Below, in pieces: positions 36,106 to 48,284 of a DNA stretch of 64,000 nt. The position numbers and the translations under genes are program-made. The DNA is from Chiloscyllium plagiosum (Eukaryota): NCBI RefSeq assembly GCF_004010195.1, contig NC_057720.1:31848831-31912830 (forward strand). The letters run 5' to 3'. The notes under the pieces were generated by a model that made no database searches, was not told where the DNA came from, and saw only the letters and a list, made by a program, of their open reading frames with translations. Position 1 is the first letter of the stretch; each line of letters opens with the position of its first letter.

Positions 36106-38599
36106 TAGATGCAGTGTAAAGAGTGTTTCGCCCTGACCAGAGTGCCTGCTGCTTGAAAGGAAGAAGGTATCTTGGTGGAACTGTATTAATTATATAAAAG
36201 GATAGGATGACTGAGAGTACAGGAAACTCTGTGAGTTGCATCATTGATTGTGAGGAGTGAATCATTACCTCTGAATCAAACTGCAGCAGGATAATGAGAT
36301 TATTTTGGTGCAGAAGCCTTGTAGCTGATAATTCATGTTTATTCGCTTGATTTGTTTTTTGTAATTTTTATCTTTGCAGTCAGGAATCTATTGATCCCTG
36401 TTTCTTACAGGGGTGGCTTAAAAATCGGACCTTTTGATAAACCAGTTTCTTCAAACCAAACGTGGCTATGATATACCAGAAGTAAACTGCATTTTGTTTT
36501 ATGATTCTGAAGGAGATGTTTCATGTATGAATCCTGCCTCTTGCTCATTTGGAATAGACTATAGCATTTTTGCCAAGATGTGAACCTTAGAAAGGTCTCT
36601 TCAATAAAATGTTTATGATCACCAATCTCATGAACCTTGCAGTGTTGTTTTGTTACTATTTTCTCTGTTTGTGTTCCAAATAGACATGGTGATCTGATGA
36701 AATTGATTAAAAACCTAAAATGAAGGTAATTTTTAACCAACTCCATGATCTGAGGTGCCTTGATTGCCATTAGTTAATGACGGACAAAGCTGATGGGAAA
36801 TAAGCAACACTTAGCAATTCTGCCTGGGGGATTGGAACAATTGGTCATGTGTGCCTAATGAAATTTATCCCTTCTCATTCTGCACATCAAACCTGTCCAT
36901 CCAGGGCCAACAAGACAAGGCTCAGTGGTGTTTAGAGAATGTTCGCTGAGAGCATTTTGAACAGAATTTTTGAGATGTCGTTTACAGTACTAGACTGTCA
37001 GAAAACTGGTGGCCAGGTGAAGCCCTGGTTTTCTTCAGGGTATACAGATTCCAGTTTAAGTTAAAGAAATAACTCATTCAAAAGGCACCACAAATTTCAA
37101 ATTGGTCGGACAATTTTTAAGCATGTGACTCTTCTTGTCAGTAACTTTTGTGACCTTTTTGAAATAGTTTTAACTGGCAAAGAATTGCAGAACCATTACA
37201 GTCAAAATTAATCTCTTTATTGCAACAAAACTTCTTTAAATACAAGGTTTCTATTTATTTGCCTACTAAATACTTTAAGAAAATCAAAGCTTTGCACTCT
37301 GAAAAAAGCTACATAAAGCTCACAAAGTGTAAAAAACGCCTAAGAATATAAATATGAATTTTGACAGGAGTCTGGCCTTGTGACATATTTATAACTATAG
37401 AATATGAAAGTTTAATTGGGAACAGTTCTCTCCTGAGCTGACAAGGCAGGTTTACATTTAATAGGCTTAATACTATGTGAGGAATAAATATTCTTATTTT
37501 CCTGTTATAATTTCTGTACCCAGCATCGATGAAAATGGCTACCAAATTACCAACCATGTTCCAAAAAAAGTACTTGTTTAGAAATTAAAGTTTCATAGCA
37601 ACATTACAACTGCTCCTTCATTGAGTCTAGATTTGTATTAGAGTCAGACTGCAGGGAAACTCTGGAGGTTATAGACTTATTGTTAATTTTGTCTTTAGAA
37701 TTAACGTTGATGTCTTCTTTTAAAGTGCTTGACAGTTTTCCAAAAAATCTTTTTAACTTAAATCGAGTAAATCTTTATCTTAAGCATAGAATTATAGGGT
37801 GCACTAAATGATTGTCACTACCATTTTGTAACAGTTAACTAATCCCAGTATCTCATCCACCCCTTCCAGGTTATCCTATCCCATTATTCTATTTAATCTC
37901 TCCCATGCCATCCTCATTTTACTCTTGCCACGGCCATTCATCCAGTCAATCCCATCCCTCTCAAAAACACACTCTCCAGCCAGAGCAACTTTGTTATTGG
38001 ATTCCTTTGATCTTTTGTCATCGCCGCTTGGTAGTGACACGTGTGTCACATACTCCAGTTCATTATATACTCATGTGCGTCTATGTGTAGAAGATACTGC
38101 TTACCAAATGAACCCCATCCTTCCACTGACCGAAATTGACCTGAGATCATTTAATAATTTTCGTGATAGAAATTCTCTGATAAAATAACAGACTTGCCTG
38201 TGATTTTTGAACACGGTGTGTCATTCTCTGATGACAGACTATGATTGGGAAAAAGAGAAGGTAGATAATTATCTGATGTGACCTCACTGAGTTATATGGA
38301 TGACAGTGTTGTGATTTGGTGAACTATAACCGTAATTTTTGTTTAATATTCAGATGCCAAAGTTCCATGAACTTGATAGATAAGATGTGCAATTTTTGAT
38401 GTTTTGCGTAGTATGTGTCATAACAGTAGTTGGTAGCTCGAACTCAGCATAACAAAAGATGGTTGCCTCACAAAAACTAACCTAACCTTAGTAGTTCTAA
38501 GAATACAAAATACCTCATTAACAAATGGCAAAGATTTAATAAGCAGGTACAAGAGCTCCCCATGGCATAATATTTAGTTCAACAAATTAATTATTTCAG

Positions 38600-39100
38600 T
38601 TGCTACACACAAAGAACAGTATTCCTGATTGTGGAATTGACAGAAATCCCTATTAACAGGAGAAGTGGTCTGTGAAGCAAAGGCAGTTTTGGCACAAAAT
38701 ATTGTGATGTGGTGACACTGTCGAGGTGAAGAAATATATTCCCTCTCGCATGGCCCAGACCCCTCTGACAGTAGATTGTAGCTGAACTGATTCCTACTGA
38801 ATTTAATTTTACCCATTGGACATCCATGAGAATTTATACACACTGCCTCTCCACGTAGCGAGTGTGTTAGACCAAGTTTAAATGAAGCTGCAGATAATTT
38901 TGCAGCATTAAACTTTTAAATAATCTTAGTAGCGCAACACTTGGCTCGTGAAGGAGATGAGAAAAATGAGCATCCAACTGGTCTTTGGAGGTATGGTTGC
39001 CAACTTTGTTACCGGCTCTGTTTAGGAATATAGCTTGATGTTTGATCACGTGATGTTGGATGTATGACATCTGATCATGTGGCTCCTGCAAATGTTATTG
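38600..39100 (-). mobile_element. Possible ancient CR1-group LINE C-terminal remnant
   Basis: Frameshifted minus-strand KTSWMLIF...LLRLFKSL resembles the W.L..F...L.LFKSL motif of CR1-group ORF2 ends. Confidence 0.3.
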
Positions 39101-39379
39101 CATTTACCATAGAGGTACAGCTTCACTGTGTCTGGACCTCTTTGCTTGTGATTTTGGAGCAAACAGTTATTGTGAGAGAAGTTCTGAGAACTAGGAGGAC
39201 ACTTCCAGCAGGTGACAAGGAGAAATCAAGGATAGAGCAAGGATTTGCAGAAGAGAAATCTGAGGTGGAAGGGACTTTGATCCATCAGTAATTTAATATC
39301 CAATGTCTTTCTGTCTGTCATAAGTGTAAGGATGTTCACTGATTATTGCATAATGTTTAGTACTATTCACACATCCTTA

Positions 39380-40270
39380 GAAACTGAAATAAAACAAAGA
39401 GCTGTGGATAATCTGAAATAAAAACAGAAATTGCTGGTGAAACTCTATAGCTCTAAATCATCTGTGGGGAGATAACAGACTTAACATTTTGAGTCCATTG
39501 ATCCTTCATCAGAACAGATAGTGGTGAGGAAAAAGTGATATTTATGCTGAAGATGAAGTTTGGGTTGAGGGGGGTGCGTTTAGGGGAGAAATGAGCAGGT
39601 GGCTTGCGACAGAGCCTAAACAGATGAAAAGGACAGGCAGATGAGGGGATTTTTGATAGTAGGCCAGGACAGAAGAGAAGCTGAATAAATGATAATGAAA
39701 GATAGGAGAACATGGGCTGGCTGTGCTAAAAGCAACACATATCATGACAGGACCACAGTGTGCAGTGGGTAGGACACATGGAAGGATGGAATCGGGCTCT
39801 AGAGTTATTGAACTCAATGCTGTGCCCTAGAGGCTGCAGGCTTCCCAAGCTGAAAATGTGATGTTGTTCTTCAAACTTGAACCGAGGCTCACTGGAACAC
39901 TGCAGTAGGCCTGAGTCAGATATGATGGCGTGGGAGCACAGTGATGTGCTGAAGTGGTAGGCAACTGGAAGCTCAGGGTCATTTTTATGGACAGAACGTA
40001 GGTGTACTGCACAGTGATCACCCACTCTGCGTTTCATTTCCCCAATGTATGTGGAGACCACTTTGTGAGCAGTCAATGCAGTGGATTAGGTTGAATGAAG
40101 TGCAGCAAAAGCGCCGCTTCACTTGGAAGGTATGTCTGGGGCCCCAGATAATGAATATGGGGGAAATAAACAGGCAGGTGTTACACCTTTTGCTATTGCA
40201 TGGAAAGGTGCCATGGGGATGTGAGGAAGTGTTGGCTATGGAGGAGGAATCGACTAGGGTGTCCCAATGT
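39380..40270 (-). mobile_element. Penelope-like element 3' part (Cys linker, GIY-YIG, pLTR with hammerhead remnant)
   Basis: ORFs 40018-40311 (HGTFPCNSKRCNTC, F.CTS.NLI.CI.CS) and 39726-40076 (YIGEMKRR.GD...PVAYHF...EEQHHIF.LGSLQP.G). The minus strand at 39478-39515 reads gttCTGATGAAGGATCAATGGACTCAAAATGTT. Confidence 0.9.
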
Positions 40271-40287
40271 GATTGATTCCTGCACAT

Positions 40288-41210
40288 CTGTCCACCATAT
40301 ACAAGGTACAAAGCAGGAGTATGATGGAATACTGTCCATTTGCCTGGAAGAGTGCAGTTCTAATAACATTTAAGAAGCTTGATCGACGCTCTAGCCAACA
40401 TCTTTAACATACACTTACTCCACCATTAATGCACATTCGCAGCAGTGTATGATATATAAAAGATGCACTGCAACAACTCGCAAGGCTCCTTTGATAGCAC
40501 TTTCCAAATCTGCAACCTCTACCTACTAGAAGAACAAGACATATCGATGGGAATCCCACCAACTGCAAGCAACACTCCCTGGCCATCCCAAGACCGTACA
40601 CACACTGGTCAGTTCCCAGCATTGATTTCTGGTTTCCAAAGTCACTACTATGTATGGACGTCTGAGGTCCACACCGAAGGATGAAAATTAGAGGGAGCGC
40701 AGCCTGCAACTTTCCCTTCAAGATACACACTGTCCTGACTTGGAAATGTATCATTGTTCCTTCAGTATTGCTGAGTCAAAATCCTGGAAATCGCTTCCTA
40801 ATTATCAGTGTACCTGCATCACATGGAGTGCAAGGCTTCTAAAAGGTAGTTCATCATCACCTTTTCAGGGGCAATTATGAGAAAGTGAGGACTGCAGATG
40901 CTGGGGATCAGAGCTTAAAAATGTGTTGCTGGAAAAGCGCAGCAGGTCAGGCATCAAAGGAGAAGGAGAATCACCTTAACCTCCTTCCACCTATTGCATT
41001 CCCAAAGCCCCTCCCCCAAGTCCCTCCTCCCTACCTTTTATCTTAGCCTGCTTGGCACACCCTCCTCATTCCTGAAGAAGGGCTTATGCCCGAAATGGCG
41101 ATTCTCCTTCTCCTTTGATGCTGCCTGACCTGCTGCGCTTTTCCAGCAACACATTTTTAAGGGACAATTATGGACAGGCAATAAATGCTTCCCTAGTCTT
41201 GAAGTCTACA
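40288..41210 (+). mobile_element. Old CR1/L2-group LINE 3' end interrupted by a PLE mini-element
   Basis: ccaccatatacaaggtacaa..ggagtatgatggaatactgtccatttgcctgg (YK..VR..MEY..LAW); 3' UTR ends gggcaattatggacaggcaataaatgct. Confidence 0.75.
40880..41160. mobile_element. PLE mini-element with inverted pLTR arms around a ~130-bp spacer
   Basis: Arms at 40915-40972 and 41100-41160; CTGAAGA AGGGC TTAT GCCC GAAA at 41072-41095 with a mutated cleavage triplet; TSD aggg(g/a)caattatg at 40867-40879 and 41160-41172. Confidence 0.9.
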
Positions 41211-41778
41211 AGATGTGAATTAATAAAATAAAATAAACCTTTTCATGGAATTTTATAAACCACAGCAAAAGAGGAAGTCCTTTGATGTTGTGCAGGAGCT
41301 GCCATTCATTCCAATATTCCCATTCCCACCCCATCAATCCCTTTGTATTTCTCCTCTTCAAGCACTTCTATTCAAGTGAATCCCTGCCTGTGGTGAAGCT
41401 GTCATCGTGAAATAGTCCTCTGTTTAATAAACATTCCATTGCAATGTAATTTGATCTGAAATAAGTTATAGGATAAAAGATGTCTAAAGCAGTCAGCATC
41501 CAAATAATCACAATATTATTATTCATTGAATGGGAGGGCATGCATTTGATAACAGACGTATGCTAAAGTTACAAGATTTACTATTTAGTTTAGGCTGAAT
41601 GTATCTCCTAAATTAGAGAATGAATGTACTGTAATAGGGATGGGACTGGGGTCTAGATTGGAGGTGTGATTAAATAAGGAAGTGAGATGACCATTGAAGG
41701 GAGTGTGTGGAATTAGAATGAGTCCTCGATTAAAACTTCACTTAAAAATAATTATAATACTGATAAAGATTACTGTTA

Positions 41779-41908
41779 GGAGAAAGTGAGGACTGCAGAT
41801 GCTGGAGATCAGAGCTGAAAATGTGTTGCTGGAAAAGCGCAGCAGGTCAGGCAGCATCCAAGGAGCAGGAGAATCGACGTTTCGGGCATGAGCCCTTCTT
41901 CAGGAATG
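41779..41908 (-). mobile_element. Solo PLE pLTR insertion
   Basis: TSD aaagattac(t/a)gtta at 41765-41778 and 41909-41922; same family as 19159, 31062, 40880 and 55129. Confidence 0.92.
41870..41908 (-). ncRNA. Minimal (type I, PLE-type) hammerhead ribozyme with intact catalytic core
   Basis: Minus strand: cattc CUGAAGA A GGGC-UCAU-GCCC GAAA CG UC gauuc. Predicted cleavage 3' of GUC, between 41876 and 41875. Confidence 0.75.
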
Positions 41909-42464
41909 AAAGATTACAGTTACTCAGTGTATGTAGATTTATAAATTTATGGTACAAGCCTATATCCCTGTGCTTATATATTCCTGTTACTAGACAGAAA
42001 TGAGATGTGATCTGTGGACTGATGTCATACATTTGACACTTCTGTTTCAGCAACAACCTGGAAGCACAAACACAAATAGTAAGCTCTCAGCTTGCACTCT
42101 CGGCAGGCTGTTTGTTGGGACTGTCCCTTCAGTGGAGTCTACTGTAAACATACTCTGAATTATTAGTTTGAGTTGTCTTTTGACTTAAAACAGAAGTGTA
42201 CACTCCTGAATTGTCAACTAATCCTCAGTATCACTGAGGAATACATTTGCATGTTAAGTACTGTTTCTCACTTTCCCTTTGTCATCTAGTTTTACATTAC
42301 AGCAAATGTTTTGAGTACAGTGCCTTCTGATAAGTAGGTGTAAAGTTCCATTGCAGTCGTAAAATGGTGACGGTACCTGGGCAGTGGGCAGCACTTTCCT
42401 ATCTATATTTCATAATGTTTGAACTCAATCATAAGACAGTTTAAGTAACCTCTCACCCACACTG

Positions 42465-43335
42465 ACTGTTACGTTCTGTCTGTGAAAAAGACCCAGATCT
42501 TCCAATTGCCTATCACTTAAACACACCGCCGTGTTCTCTGGCCAATATCTCTGTCTCAAGCTTGCTGTCGTGCTCCAGCAGGGCTTAGTGCAAGCTGGAA
42601 GAACTACACGTCATTTTCTGCTTGGGAACTCAGCAGCCTTCTGGACTTGATATAGTTTAAATTAGATTCCTTATCGTGTGGAAACAGACCCTTTGGCCCA
42701 ACCAGTCCACACCGACCCTCCGAAGAGTAACCCACCCAGACCTATCTCCCTCTGACTAATGCATCTAACACTATGGGCAATTTAGCATGGCCAAATCAGC
42801 TGACTTGCACACCTTTGGATTATGGGAGGAAATGGAGCACCCGGAGGAAACATGGGGAGAATGTGGAAACTCCACACAGACAGTTGTCCAAGACTGGAAT
42901 CGAACCTGAGACGCTGATGCTGCAAGTCAGCAGTGCTAACCACTGAGCCACCGTGCCGCAGTTCAACAATTTTTAGGGCTTGAGGCACCTTCTTCCTTAC
43001 CCCATTCCCCACACATCGGGCTTTGTCATCACATGGGCTGCGACCACACACAACTCATTGTCATCTCCTAATAATCCCCATTAGCAGCTAAGTGTCCCCC
43101 CAGACTGATCTTATCCATTCTTTTGTCCAACTGTTTTCTCTCTGCCTTTGGGCTCTGTCTCCATCTATCATTTACTCCCCATCCCTACTTCTGCATAAAT
43201 ATCAACCGTTTCTTAGTTACCATCAGTTTTGAAGAAAGGTCACTGGACCCAAAACATTGATTTTGTTTTCTCTCCACCGTTGCTGCCAGACCTGCTGAGT
43301 TTTTCTGGTAATTTCTGTTTTTTTCAGCATCTGGA
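42465..43335 (+). mobile_element. Penelope-like element 3' fragment with nested HE1 SINE
   Basis: DPDLPIAYHLNTPPCS...KLEELHVIFCLG..QPSGL, resuming after the SINE at 42960. The pLTR has a decayed hammerhead at 43223-43262. Confidence 0.85.
42660..42959 (-). mobile_element. HE1-type SINE
   Basis: Minus-strand head gcggcacggtggctcagtggttagcactgct, B box ggttcgattcc, short agtt duplication at the flanks. Confidence 0.9.
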
Positions 43336-43959
43336 GTTCTTCTAATTTTCTGACTGTACCTACATTCCTTCTGTGGATTTTCTTCTCTCTTTTCGTGACA
43401 ACCTGAATTGTTTGGTGTACTGCCCAAAAATGATGTGCGTAGGAACATCAACTACAAGTCTTATTTTCTAGCTTTTGAATCAAGGTGTGATTGATTGCTA
43501 ACTGGCCTATTAAGTTTTAAATATGGCAAGCAGAAAGGGTGGACTCATTTTCATCTAGAAGTGCGCCATCAACGATACCAGTGATGCAAAAAGAAGATCT
43601 TCTCCACTCATGCCTAAGTTGGGCAATAAATGCTTTTTGCATATGCATATAAGGGAGCCAGTGCCTGTTTGAGGCTCACACTACATGAAGGGATTCCTCA
43701 TTCACAACTTTGCCAGCTGTAGTCATTAAAACAAGGCTCTGGGATCAGTTCTGACCACAAGATAACTTTTCCTTTTTCTTTTTCTTTTTCACTTTTTCTT
43801 TCATTTCTTTTTGCATTTTCTTATTCAAATATGGAAACTAACACTTAACAAAAGCTTGATAACCCTTTCCCACCAACGACTGCTGTGATCCCCGAGCCAC
43901 ATCCCTCCCAGCACCCCACCCAGCAGCTTCTACCAACTGTACATGTGCCCCGCCATTCG

Positions 43960-45450
43960 AGGCAGTAGAGGTTTCTGCAAATATATAAAAAGGAAAAGGG
44001 TAGTTAAAGTGAGTATTCTTCTCTCAGAGGGTGAGCCTGGGAAATTAATAAAAGAAAACAAGCAAATTGCAGAAATGTTGAATAAGTATTTTGTAGAAGA
44101 CACAAAAATTATCCCAAGAAAGACAGAAAAGTGAGGGCAAAAAGGAGGGAGAAATTAAAAAATGTCATGTTTGCTAGAGGTAACCCCCCCCCCAAGAAAA
44201 CTATAAGATAAAAAGCTGACAAGTTCTCTGGACCTGATGGCCTGCATTTTAGGGTCTTGCATGAAGTGGCTGTAATGGATACAATACTTGTAATCTTCCA
44301 AAATTGCTTAGATTCTGGGAAAGTCCCAGCTGGTTGGTAAACCACAAATGTAATGCCAGTATTTAAGAAAAAAGGGAGACAGAAAGCAAGTAACAATTTG
44401 CCTAACATCTGCCATTGGGAAAATGTTAGAATCTATTACTAAGGAAGGAATGACAGGACACTTACAAAATCATAATGCAGTCAGGCAGAGTCAGCACAGT
44501 TTTGTAAAATCATACCTGTCAAATTTATTAGAATTCTTTATGAATGTAACAAACAGGTCAGGTAAATGTAGACCAGTAGATGTAATGTATTTAGATTTCC
44601 AAAAGGCCTTTGATAAGGTGCCATGTAAAGCTTACTACGCAAGTTAAGAATGCATGGTGTTCAGTGTGATATATTAATATAGACGATTGGCTAATTGACA
44701 GGATGGGTGTAAATGGGTTATTTTTAGATTGATAAGCTGTAACTAATGGGGTGTCACAGAAGTCAGTGCTGGGGTCTCAAATCCAAAACTAGAGTGCATA
44801 GGGTTAAGGTGAGAGGGGAAAGATTTAAAAGGGACCTGAGGGATAACTTTTTCACCTGGAGGGTAGTGCATGTATGGAACGAGCTGGGAGAGGAAGTGGT
44901 GAAGTCTGGTACAATTACAACATTTAAATGGTATCTAGATGGGTACATGAATAGAAAGGGTATGGAATGATATGGGCCAAATGCTGACAAATGGGACTAG
45001 ATCAGTTTAGGAAATCTGTTTGGCACAGACAAGTGGGACCGAAGGGTTTGTTTCAGTGCTGTCTCACTCTGTGACTCTATTTACAATATAAAATTAATGA
45101 AATGGATGATGATTGACTGTAATGCAGCCAAGTTTGCTGACTATATAAAGATAGGTATGAAAATAAGTTGTGATGAAGATGTAGAGTCTGTAAAAGGATA
45201 TATATAATTCAAGTGAATGGGGGAAAAGAATTGGCAGATTGGCTATACAGTGGGAAGGTGGGAGATTTCTCACTTTGACAAAAAGAATTAAAGAGTGGAT
45301 TATTATTTTAATAGAGAAAGACTGCAGACTTCTTCACTGCAGAGGGATCTGGGTGACATTATACACGAATCATGAAAACATTAGAATTCAGGTACAGCAA
45401 TTGATTAGGAAGGCAAGTGGAATGTTGGCCTTTATTATAATAGGGATGCA
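43960..45450 (+). mobile_element. Old CR1 LINE RT fragment with a younger HER1 3' end inserted at ~44781-45078
   Basis: ORF 44423-44647 NLLEFF..VT...VDVMYLDFQKAFDKVP; the RT breaks after ggggtctcaa and resumes at ctatttacaata. Confidence 0.88.
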
Positions 45451-46251
45451 CTAAACAGCAAGTCCAGAAAACTTGACTTTAAGTGGAATAATTTCAAGTG
45501 AATTGTGGGTTCACAATAGAAAATTGTGTTCAAGTTGGACATTTCTCACTTGGAAAACCTAATGAATAAGTTGAAATACTGTTTCATGTGTTTGCAGCAC
45601 TATACATTACCACATAAAATAACTTGCACAACAAAATAAGTTACTGAACATTGAAAAATACTGTGTAAGTTGAAAGGAAAACATTGGAAAGCTGTGGGGA
45701 AAGAGCTAGTGAGTGAAAATATATGCTGTTGGATAGTTATTTCAAAGAACCAACACAGACATGATAGTCTGACTGGCATCTTTCTGTACTGTATAATTTG
45801 ATTATTTGATAATTAAAAGCTGAGGTGAGGCCTCTAAGTTCTTTCACCATCTCCTGAAACTCCACAGAAAGTCTCTGCCATATTTTCTGTGAAATTCAGA
45901 AACCTTGTCCCCCTCAAGCCTTTCTTCAGCCAGCTCTCCAGTTTTACAGTTAAATGCATTAAAGATGTTTCATTTGGTAATTTTCCTGTCATGAAATGCT
46001 GCATTATGTTTCCCCATCTCCATTTATCTCTGCAAGTTTCACTCCCCTTTTGAATAAAATGTTTAATCCTGTCACAGATGGCTACCCAAGCCTTTCAATC
46101 TCTCTTAGATAGGTTTCCAGTATTTTTCTTCTGAATTTCCTCAGATACTTGTCAGTAGGATTCTGTTCGCAAACGTATACACGTGTTACAAGTCATCCTC
46201 ACGCTGATGCACAACATTGACACAACATGTAAATAACCAACACAAATTGGA

Positions 46252-46596
46252 TGAATCATAGAAGCCCTACAATGTGGAAGCAGGCCATTTGGCCCATCAA
46301 GTCCACAGTAAACCTCCAAAGAGCATCCCAAACTCAACCCCCCCACCAACCCTTGTAACCCTGCATTTTCCAAGGCTACTCCACCTGGCCTAGTCATCCC
46401 TGGACACTGAACAATTCAGCATAGCCAGTCCACCAAACCCGCATATCTTTGAACTGTGGGAGGAAACCGGAGCACCTGGAGGAAACCCATGAGGAGAATG
46501 TGCAAACTCCACACACACTCACCCGAGGGTGGAATCGAACCCAGGTCCCTGGTGCTGTGAGGCAGTAGTGCTAACCACTGAGTCACCATGCTGCCC
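46252..46596 (-). mobile_element. Full-length HE1-type SINE
   Basis: Minus-strand head gggcagcatggtgactcagtggttagcact, B box ggttcgattcc, ctatgattc tail. Confidence 0.9.
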
Positions 46597-46689
46597 ACAG
46601 ACCCAACAGAATAAACAACTTTAAAACAATGTCAAGGGGAGTGACTTAAAACAAGAACTTACTATAAAAGTAGAAAATCTCAGTACAAC

Positions 46690-47820
46690 TATGCAGGTAA
46701 TTAATGAGACAACACCTAGAGTACTGTATACAGTTCCAATCTCCTTACTTCAGGAGATATATACTTTCAATAGAAATAGTGTGGATAAAGTATATTTTTG
46801 CAATAAAAAAAAGTTCAGAAAGGTTCACTAGATTGTTAGATTGTTAGAACCAAGGATTTGTCATTTGAGGGAATGTTTTCTAGGATTGAGCTATACTTCA
46901 TGGAGTTTAGTAGAGCAAGAGGTAATCTGATTGAAACAGTAAAGATTCTGAGGGGACTGGATAGGGTAGATGCTGAGAAGATGATTGATTTTGTAGGAAA
47001 GTCTACTACCAGAGGACACGGCTTAAAAATGAGAGCCTCCCAATTAAGACCAAAATGAGGAGTTTTTGTCTCTCACAAGATCATTAGTCTTCCACAGAGA
47101 GCAGTTAAGATTTGGTCATTGATCGTAGCCAAGGCAGAGTTAGATTCTTAATCAATAAAAGTGTTGTGAATCATGAAGGAGAGGCATGAAAGTCCACAAT
47201 CAGCCTGACCGTGATCTTAAGATGGTGGAGCAAACTCAAAGAACAATACAGCACAGTAACAGGCCCTTCAGCCCTCCAAGCCACTACATTTTGCCCTTCC
47301 ATACTAAAACTGTCTTCACTTACAGGATCCGTATCCCTCTTTTCCCTTCCTGTTCATGTATTCATCCAGGTGCTTCTTGAGTGCTGCAATTGTGTTTGTT
47401 ACCACCACCACCTCTCGCAGCACGTTCCAGGTACTCACCACCCTTTGTGTGAAATCCTCGCCTTCACATCTCTTTTAAACTTTCCCCGTTGCACCTGTGT
47501 CCCCTAGTAATTGACCCCTCCACCCTGGGAAAAAACCTCATACTTTCCACTCTATCTGTGCCATTCACAATCTTACAAACTTCAATTAGGTCTCTCCTCA
47601 ACCTCCTACTTTCCAGTGAAATCAAACCCAGTCGAGCAAACTTTTCTTCATAGCTAAAATCCCCTGTTCTAGGCAACATCATGGTGAGCCTTTTCTGTAC
47701 CCTTGCCCAAACATCCACATCCTTCTGGTAGCATGGTGACCAGAACTGCATGCAATATTCCAAGTGTGCCTTAATTAAAGTTCTAATGATCTGAATGGCC
47801 TACCCACGCTCCCTTCTCCT
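46690..47820. mobile_element. Old CR1 3' end (+) interrupted by another CR1 3' end (-, 47243-47785)
   Basis: ORF 46858-47058 RGNLIETVKILRGLDRV..TRGH; ORF 47464-47763 MEYCMQFWSPCYQKDV...RRLRRDLIEV. Confidence 0.85.
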
Positions 47821-48284
47821 GCAAGAGAGGAGACAGTGTGTCATTGAATGTCAGACAATGTGCTTGGCTGATGTGGCTTCTGTGGTTGAATAGCTAGCAA
47901 GTGAGATGTGGGTGTGAGGCTCGCAGCTGTTCTAGGTATGTGAGGGTGCAGTGGAACATATTATTGTGAGTCTTGATTGAAAGACATTGATAGTTGGTGA
48001 ATAAAAGGAGTGTGGTAATTTGAGCAGGATTTGAGGCTATTTAATGGTTGGTAGGATGTGATATTGAATGTGCTGTCACTATACTTTTGACACCATTGAA
48101 TTTCTTGTTTGATTGAATCCAGCTCCTCAAGGCTATAATCCAAGCAGTGACTTCCACAGCTTTTGACCCCACTGCCATGTAAACGTGTATGCGGAGGCCC
48201 ACCTGGCCCCCTGCAGGGACATGTTACTTCTCCTCTGTTCCATCACTTCCAACTACCTTCCAGTAAAGTATTCATGCTACACAA

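Noticed and set aside
39064..39291. Harbinger transposase remnant (VQL.C, GDK)
   Set aside because: Motif spacing and flanking residues do not fit; similarity is too weak.
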